Of a DNA stretch of 64,000 nucleotides, positions 56,101 to 64,000 are shown piece after piece (within the stretch, counting starts at the first letter, position 1; the number at the start of each line of letters is the position of its first letter). The position numbers and the translations under genes are program-made. The stretch lies in contig BDGG01000005.1 in the NCBI GenBank assembly GCA_001949185.1, positions 372,001 through 436,000 on the forward strand, written 5' to 3'. Below the pieces are notes generated by a model, which did not search any database, was not told where the DNA came from, and saw only the letters and a program-made list of their open reading frames with translations. The stretch comes from Ramazzottius varieornatus (Eukaryota > Animalia > Tardigrada).

Positions 56101-57025
56101 CGTATATTTTTCATGAACGAATCTCGAAGTAAGCCGTCATAACACGACAACGATATCTCTGTGGGTTTATAACATCAAGTCGTATTATCATCGCGTCATT
56201 CACACAAGGCTGATACGAGAGGGTTCTCGTCTCGCCGGCACATCTTACAGTCGCTGGGTCCATAAACACTTCATAATGCGAAACGGCGATTCACGAGCTC
56301 GTGCAATGAATCTGATTTATTGCCTTTCGCCAGGAGGTGCCAATTATCTGCTGCTTCGAATATTTCGAGGTCCCGTCACTCGCGCACACTGCACAGTATT
56401 GATGGGGATTTTTGGAAGGAAGTCTGCGATAGAGTACGTAGCCTCGTTATCATTTTATTGCGGGCCCGTTATGGAGAACAGCTGAATTTGATCAATCTTC
56501 TGAACGCGATTTGAAATCAAGGTCCCAATGACGTCTTCAGGGAAAGTGTAGGCCTGGCATTGTACCTAATCTCAATCTGACCCCAAATGTTGTCTTGACA
56601 CGAAAGGCAAATGTTTTCAAACATCTGACATTCTATAGTGTCACTAGACATGTCTATTAGGCGGTCATTTACTCTGGGTAATTTTTGGCTTCTCATCCGA
56701 GAAGAGTGTGAAGAAACACGATAAGGAAGTGTTACACTCTCATGTGGTTACAGAAAAGCGTGGATGGCGTCGTCTGTCATCGGCCATCCATGACGCCTTC
56801 CAACTGGCTCTTTCGCGTGAGACGCTAACATCGAGTGCCCGATCCCGACAGGGCTCGTGGTTCGGAAACCCCCGTGTTCCACGGAGTAGATACAGCAGTG
56901 CTCCTGGGATGGTCCCTCGGCTAACACGAGAACCCGCAACGATGACGGACTTGACCGCCCATCGCGAAGGACGAGGTCGATGTGGGTCCCTCGAACGTAA
57001 CCTTCAACAACAACACGGTACATAG
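53114..57025 (+). CDS. Rhodopsin-like (class A) GPCR, orphan
   Basis: TM1 GNLLV, TM2 LANMSAIDL, ECL1 WKLGDTAC, TM3 end SIHKY, TM5 CFVIP..Y, TM6 CLSP and TM7 NPVIY. Exons at ~53114, 53621, 54341 and 55645, plus a probable tail exon 56753-57025; unspliced, the ORF would stop at 55830. Confidence 0.85.
55027..55135 (-). mobile_element. Fold-back element, copy 7, GPCR intron
   Basis: gggcaaa..cgtacaggattgtcatc..gtggc-cactgttagtggc-gccac..gatgacgatcgtgtacg..tttgccc. Confidence 0.7.
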
Positions 57026-57152
57026 GCTGCATTAGTGCTTCTTATTCCAAAAAAGTTAAAGAGTTAAAAGTTAAAAACGAGCTGAATGTTTTTAGTTGTG
57101 ACGTTCCCTGCTTTTTGTTTTAATGGCTCGACCAAAGAGCTTTGATAATATT

Positions 57153-57280
57153 GCGGAGCCGGATGAACAAAACGAACGTACAAGATCTTCAAACTTGAGC
57201 GGCGTACCCTGCCAGCCAACAATGAGAACCTGTGCCATTCGGGATGGCAGCCTTGTCTGTTTTGTTTCGCTAGCTCTCGC
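57153..57280 (+). mobile_element. Fold-back element, copy 8 (degenerate), just 3' of the GPCR
   Basis: cgtacaagatc..gagcggcgtac-cagccaacaatgagaacc-tgtgccatt..cttgtc; loop matches the family. Confidence 0.55.
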
Positions 57281-57967
57281 TTAATATCAAAGGGATTAAG
57301 CTAAATAACAAAATTTAGTTACTAATTTATTTGATGAACTAATAGCGTCAATTTTGCCTAGGTCATCCCTTTCAACTGCGGCAGGCCATATACAGACATT
57401 ATAGCCAGCCCACGCCTATCGTTGAAGAACGATCGAGCCAGCTTCGGTCAAGTCAAACAGGAGGCAAGTGGGAGAAGAACCCAGAAACGGATTCAGGTCG
57501 AGCCGACAGCGAAGGGGATTCTCATCACTCTCAAGAACACTCGTTGCCCGCTTCGTTGCTTGATGCAAGTCCAAATCCCGAATCAACAGTGCGTCATGGC
57601 ATTGACCTTGTATAGAGTGTTAAAGTTTCTATTGACTTGAAGGCTTCTGAAGTGGCTTTCCTCTTCTTCATCTGAGCACGTCTGCATTTTGTAATGTTCA
57701 ATCTTGCCATATCGCATTTCCCGCTATTTCACGAGTTTTCAAGAATGATTTCGCTTTGTACAGCACACTATTTGCTCCAAAAATTTATGGAATCTCTTCA
57801 ACGAATGTGTCCGAAATCATAAAAATATCCACTGCGGATAACAGATGCGACGTAAGTAACGTGTATGGCATTATGAGCGCGTACATCACCATACAGGACA
57901 TTACAGTCATTGCATCGTATACATCACACGTGACATGTAACATTATCAATAGGAACCTTAGCATTAT

Positions 57968-57981
57968 GGTCTCAAGGCAAC
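57968..57981 (+). promoter_or_regulatory. RFX X-box-like motif upstream of the EFHC gene
   Basis: GGTCTCAAGGCAAC has a perfect GGCAAC half-site and lies ~145-160 bp before the ATG at 58126. Confidence 0.45.
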
Positions 57982-58125
57982 AAATCAGAAAATCTCCGAA
58001 GGTTTAAACATTCTGGACCTCGTCACGTCGTGGCAGAAGTTGGCGAGGCTTCATCTTCATCGATCACCGTCTTTATCTAGCGACCCGCTTCTAGAGTTCT
58101 TGATTAAGTGCAACCATCGAAGTAT

Positions 58126-60722
58126 ATGGATCCGTACACCAAGCAAACACGACCGCCGAATATCTACCAAGGTTACAGTAACGACTTCCTGAGGATAAAG
58201 GTAAGAAGGCTTTTTTAGCGCCGTTGTACTGAGCGTTTTGCATTGCTGAGAGGAGGTTCTGACAGGCATCTGGTCATAGAACAGCACTCTCCGTAGGAGA
58301 GAAACAACAGTCACCGCTCGCAGAGCCTCAACTTTTCTCCCCAAGGATATGCCACGTTTAAGCCCTCTCCCGCACAAGAGCCATTTGTGGCAGACGATCC
58401 ACGCCTTGACTCCGATCAATTCGGCGACTTAATCCAGTTGGGATGTCTGAACCCAGAGTTTTACCGCCCGCCTATTGCACGAGCTGTTCGCAGAACTTTA
58501 GCCGATGAGAAACTGCAGTTACAGGAGAAAAATGCTGAGACGAACCCCGTAAGAAGCCTGTTCCCATCGAACCACGCCCTGTAAATGTTAATAAGTTATC
58601 AATTGTTGGTCAGGTTATCCGATTCTACGCATATCAAGTTGATGCTCTCCCTCAAGAAAAACCATTCCTGAAAGAGAATTACAGAGTACGAAAGTTAATC
58701 CTGTACGTGTACACTGTGGACAACACTATAAGAGTTTGGGAGAACCGCGAGAAGAATTCAGGATTCACGCAAGGAGATTATCTACGACGAGGCCGATACG
58801 AAATACCTGGCAAAGAAGGCTTTTACTACCGGTGGTTCGACCTTGATGTGGGGGTTGATGTCGAACTCGCTGGACACAAGTTTCATATTTACGACGCCGA
58901 CGATTATGGCAGGGTAACTTTCAGTCGTCAGTCGAAATTGAGTGAGCTACTGTATCATCTGAAAATTTATTCTCTTAGCATTTCTACGAATATAATGGGG
59001 CTTCCATCAAAAAAGCGGAAGAAGTTCCAGCTGACCCGTACTTCAAATGGCGAGCCTTTATGGAAAAACATCGAGAATTTTCTAGAGGACCGACCGAGTT
59101 CCCGACAAGTCGCTTCATCCGCACCGATGGACAAGTCTTGTGCTTCGAAGTTGTGGTGGACGAAAGCATACAAAAGCATGGAGATATCCGAAGGATGGTC
59201 CTCAAGTATTACGTCTATGACGACACGCTGGAACTTCTCCAGCTGTGGGAAAAGAACTCAGGATACGATCCCGCTCGAGCTGTCATTCGCAGGCAGAAGA
59301 TTCCCAAAGACTTTTTCAACGATCTCGTCCGTAAGTTGATTGGGATTATTTGGAACCTCAGCAAACAAATTTCACCGGATCGTTTTTCCATCAAGGGGCG
59401 CATGTCTTCGGTGGTATTGGCTAGAAACATGCGCTACTTGAGAAAAGAATCTGGTCAAGTTTGTTTACCGAGCTCGTACTTGTCTGAGATGTTCACCTTA
59501 TAGACTTGTCGTTTTATAGTTCAGATAGGCGATAAGACTACTCCTACCCACTACACTGTTCGTGACCTTAAAATCGGGGAGACGTTGTTGCTCTTCGGGA
59601 AGAAAGTGACAATATGCGATTGCGACGAGTACACAAGGAAGTGGTATCGCGACAATCTGGCCATAACAATTGACAAGAAAATCGAGGCATCGACCTTGTT
59701 GCCCGTACAGCCCCCTGTGGCTACTCCTCCGTTGCCCCCATGGAACGAGAAGAACCGCCAAGGGACCTACATTGATAGTTTGCAGAACTGTTTACATTTG
59801 GATCCACAACCGGTCATACTTGACTATAAGCAGCAAATGTGGTACCAGCACGAAGAACTTCGCTTCCAAGCCCGAATGGTATTCCTGGTTTTTATTCCGA
59901 CTGTCATCTCTTTGGTACATGGATTGTTCTTGCAGTTGAGCCGCGAACCCTCGGACCAAAATCGGCGTTTCGTGTTTATTTATTACGTAAGCGACGACAC
60001 ACTGGCGATCGTTGAACACCCACAGAACGACCTGCAAGGAGGCGTTTTCCTCTCCCGTCGTAAACTACCGAAAGCTCGTAAAAATGACTATGAGGTCCCT
60101 ACTTACTACACGGAAAGCGATTTTACCATCGGTTCTGTGCACAATATTTCCGGACGCTTGTTCGAGATATACAATTGCGTAAGTTAAAGCGATTTTTCAG
60201 GAAATCTCAAAGACGCGAAAATGATTATTTTGCGTATACTTCCAGGATCTTCACGTGGTTAATTTCGCGCAGCAGAATCCCGATTTGTATCCTGCCGAAG
60301 AAATTGAACGATTCAGAGAAGCGATATCTCGTAACAACAGCAAGCCGCCACCGTTGGAGTACACCGAGCATGCCATTCCATCGGACTCTGTCGATGAACG
60401 AGTCAAGAAGGCCATTTTGAAGCTGAAACGATGGCTGGTGTTGTCTCACGAGCGATTCTATCAGATTTTCCTCGAGCTTGACCATGGAAAGACCGAGGAG
60501 ATCTCGCTGGATATTTTGCTTACCATGTTTTCACAGCTGGGCATCGTCCCGGATGAAGACATAGCAAAGGGAGTGTTTGAGTCTCTGACTGGCCGCGACG
60601 GCCGGTACCATATGCCCTTCACGCGATTCCTGCATGCCATGAACATGTTGTGGTCAGGTGCCAGACCGGAAGGACCGAAATATCAAGATGTTGGGAAATT
60701 AGGCTTAGAAAAATACGATTAA
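58126..60722 (+). CDS. EFHC1/EFHC2 (RIB72 family): three DM10 domains plus a degenerate EF-hand region, 7 exons
   Basis: HRSQSL motif; three DM10 repeats (VIRFYAY..DNTI..KNSG; VLCF..YYVYDDTL..KNSGYD; LRFQARM..RRFV..YYVSDDTL..GGVFL); FLELDHGKTEEIS. Confidence 0.9.
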
Positions 60723-61028
60723 ATCTGCCGATTGAAACTCGCCGTTAGATCGCCCAACCTTATCGAGAAAGGATGATCCCGCCGATAATGTGCTGGAATG
60801 TACTCGATAAACTTCAATGAAACTCGCTTTCTTATACTGTCAGCTGTCAAGTTCAAGGGTCAAAGTTGTTGTTTTTTTCGGAAAACCGAAAGTGTTGATA
60901 CAGTTTAGTAAAGCTATTGTAGTGAGCAAAATCCCATTTCGATCGAGGAACAAATTTAACAATTAAATGCAGGCACAGTGGAATTCAGAGTACGAAGTCA
61001 TCGTCTCTACGGAGTTTCGTGGAATCTG

Positions 61029-64000
61029 TTACAGGGTGGATGGAACTGTTGTAGGACTGGTACCGTTGACAACCAACAAACTGCCCACCTCGGTGGTGGC
61101 GAGTACGGGGAGGAGGACGATGGTGTCCGCGGTGGTGGGTTCGACGAAGGAGATGCGTGCTGTCTGTCCGCTGGTGGTGCTAGCATCGCCGTCGACGCTT
61201 CTCACTGCCGTATCTGAGATACTGCTAGTGGCGGTGGTCGTGGAAGCCAAAGAGATGCTTGCGGTCTGTCCACTGTTTGTGGTTGTGGATCCTAATGAGA
61301 CACCAAGGCCGGCTACGTTATTCGTGAGCCGTCCTGTGCAATTCTGCCGCATGAATGCGTATTCGTTTTGTCGTCACAAACGTAACTTTTGGGCAGTAAA
61401 TCAAAGGCAGCACTTGGAGCAGCCCTTGCGATTAAAGTGTATTTATTACCAGTATGTCCGGTGGACAAACTGGCGCAGTCCCAGCACTACGCTCAAATTT
61501 TTTTGTGACGTCAAGGACCTTGGTCGAAAATTGCACAGGATAACGCATGAATAACGCAGCCGGCACTGTGAGACATTACCTGTCTGTCCAGAGGTACTGG
61601 CCGTGCTCGACTGTGTGGTGGTACTTCCGGTGGTTGTAGAACCTTGCGAGATACTACCTGTCTGCCCAGAAGTACTAGCCGTGGTGGTACTTCCGGTGGT
61701 AATGGTCGTGGACCCCATGGAGATACTTCCGGTCTGTCCGCTGCTCGTAGTGGTGGAATCGAATGAGATGCTGCCTGTCTGCCCAGAAGTACTTGCCATG
61801 CTCGACTGTGTGGTGGTACTTTCGGAGATGTTACCGGTGGAGAACGAGCCACCGCTGCTGGCGGCACCCGAGCTGCTGATGTTACCTGCTGCGGTGCTTC
61901 CAGAGCCACCGGTAGCGGAACCCCCAATGGCAGTGCTGGCAGTGGTAGTGCTTCCGGTGGTAGAACTGGCCGCGGTAGTGGTAACGCCATCAGGGTTCGA
62001 AGTGGAGTCCATCGCAGCTTGGGACAGATTCAGGCCGGAAACGTTGACAGGCAGAACAGCCAGACCGGTGAAGAAGACTGTCTCAGTTCCGTTGGCTGTT
62101 TGGACAAGTTCCTTACCTTGGAACTGCACGCTTAAGAGCAGCGTCTCGTTGAGGTTGCCCAGCTGTTGAGGACTTGATTCAGCAGCTGCTTCCGCATTCT
62201 TCTCATTCGTTTTGTCTTCCTTCTTGGCTTCTTTCTTCTTCGACTTGTCCTTTTTGGACTTTTCCTTCTTCTCTTTGCTCTTCTCCTTCTTTTCTTCTTC
62301 CTCATCATCATCATCCTCGTCGTCATCGGCATCACGTTTCTTTCGGGCAGCCGACAGGGAAGTGGTGGTGCTCCCGGTAGATGACGCTGTGGTTGTGGAA
62401 CTTGTCGTGCTGGAGGTCGAGGCAGGAGTGGTAGTCGCGGTAGAAGCACTCGAAGTAATGTTCAAGAGGGTGGCGTTAACGAGGGAAATATTGGAGCTCA
62501 GGAGAGTGCTTATCAGTGCCGAAGTTGGTATGGTCGACGCGAGGGCCAGTACGGTGCCATTGACGGTTTTCTCTTGCAGAGCCTCAGATGCACTCTGGAC
62601 ATTGGACTGCCCAGCTGCTGTGGCATTGGACTGTTCAGCTGTCGAGGCGTTGGACTTAGAAGCAATGACGGTGATCTTCCCGACTGTCAACTTTCCGCTG
62701 CTGGCCCTTTCGCCTTTCGCGGCAGCACTTCCGGCACTCTTCTGGGAACCCGAAGAACTATTGCTTTTTCCAGACTTTTTCGAGCTCTTGGCGTCTTTTC
62801 CAGTGGCCGACTCTTCTTCAGCGGTGGCAGACTCTTCTTCTCCTTCTTCGCCGGCTGCCGACTTGTCCTTCGACGAACCTTCAGACTTTCCACTGCTAGA
62901 ACCGTTTTTCCCGGACTTCCCTTTACCCGATTCCTCCCCGGCCTCTCCGTCTTCCTCTCCTTCCGAGGTCATGCTCTTACCCTTGGAGGAACTTTTGGAC
63001 TTTCCGCTGTATGATCCCTTCTTACTCTTCCCAGATTCTCCTCCGGCCTCTTCCTCGTCTTCATCACCTTCCGAAGACTTGTTCGAGCCCTTGTCCTTCG
63101 ATGAGCCCTTGGACTTTCCCCCTTCTTCCGATTTTCCACCGCCGGACTTGCCTTTTCCAGAGCTTTCCTCTTCCATTTCTCCGGACGATCCGCCCTTTCT
63201 GTCGGTCTTCTCGTCATTCCCACTCTTATCGCTGCTCTTGCCTTTGTCAGACTTCTTGTCAGATTCTTCTTCGCTGGACGAGTCGTCGGATCCGCCACCT
63301 GATTCACAGTGACATTTGTGTTTCTTGCCGTGATTAATGCTGTCTGTTTTAACCAAATAGTTTAAGTTAAGATACGTTATGGACAGACTGCAGTTTGGTA
63401 TATTTTGTTTCAATCGATTACGAAAAAGGTTAAAAAGGGAATTTCAGTTAAAAATGGCGAAATAAAGTTCTCACCTTTTTTGTCTTTCTTCTTCTCTTCC
63501 TCATCCTCTTCCTTCTCGCCATCTTTTGACTTCGAGCTTTCTTTCTTTTCGGGTTCACTCTTCTCCATCTTCTTTGACGACTTGGAACTTTCTTTCTCTT
63601 TCTTTTCAGGTTCGCTTTTCTCCATCTTCTTTGACGACTTCGAGCTAGATTCCTCCGACTCTTCCTCACCGCCTTTGGAGGCCTTCGTGCTGGCGGACTT
63701 TTTCGCTGGCTTTTCTTCTTCCGTAGCGACTGACTCTTCACTCTTCATCGCTGATTTCTTTGAGGACTTCTTTCCAGGCTTTTCATCTTCCTCCTTGACT
63801 GTGGACGACTTGGAAGCCTTACCCGCGCTTTTCTCTTCAACACCGGAGGACTTGGCATCCTTCTTAGAGTCTACGGCTTTCTCCTCCTTTGCTGAGGGCT
63901 CTTCTGCTGTTTCGGCTTCGGCCTTGGCGCCTTCGGAATCCTTGGAACTCTTCGCTTCGGATTTCTTCGCACTCTTCTTTTCAGGCTTCTCTTCGGCAGC
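61029..64000 (-). CDS. Low-complexity K/E/S-rich and S/T/G-rich (mucin-like) protein, 5' end outside the window
   Basis: Long open frames joined in phase by GT-AG introns (~63473-63299 and 61578-61334); repeated SGQT(G/A)SIS..STTT units; RKKR site. Confidence 0.7.

Noticed and set aside
60967-63312. Several long plus-strand ORFs (195, 188 and 366 aa)
   Set aside because: Antisense shadows of the repetitive minus-strand protein; splice signals support the minus strand.

Overview
Eukaryotic, gene-dense animal DNA (about 21 protein-coding genes in 64 kb, mostly short GT-AG introns of about 50-200 bp); not prokaryotic, and I recognised no CRISPR, rRNA or tRNA. Some protein motifs (PDIA3 [11 protein letters not shown]...KTEL, citrate synthase KIPEHNAKV) resemble nematode sequences as I recall them, but the taxon cannot be fixed from this window. 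Gene order: FAD synthase(+), PDIA3(-), FBXO22-like(-), COQ10(+), HSP60(-), HSP10(+), citrate synthase(-), DLEC1/CFAP81(+), beta-tubulin A(-), IMPAD1/BPNT2(+), STARD4/5/6-like(-), GRB7/10/14-like(+), INPP1(-), MPLKIP-like(+), CDK12/13(-), SNRPC(+), MRPL19(-), beta-tubulin B(+), orphan class-A GPCR(+), EFHC1/2(+), and a 5'-truncated low-complexity protein(-). Four signals stand out. (1) Sixteen consecutive genes strictly alternate strand, forming eight head-to-head pairs. (2) Two otherwise diverged, inverted beta-tubulin paralogues share a 363-bp 100%-identical tract that includes an intron, suggesting gene conversion and providing a substrate for a 25-kb inversion. (3) A COQ10-HSP60-HSP10-CS block and a CDK12/13-MPLKIP pair match gene adjacencies I recall from human paralogous regions, suggesting very ancient microsynteny. 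(4) A family of about 70-130-bp fold-back elements occurs in 8 copies, 7 of them intronic, with a conserved loop and co-varying arms. Exon boundaries were derived by eye and some 5' ends are tentative.
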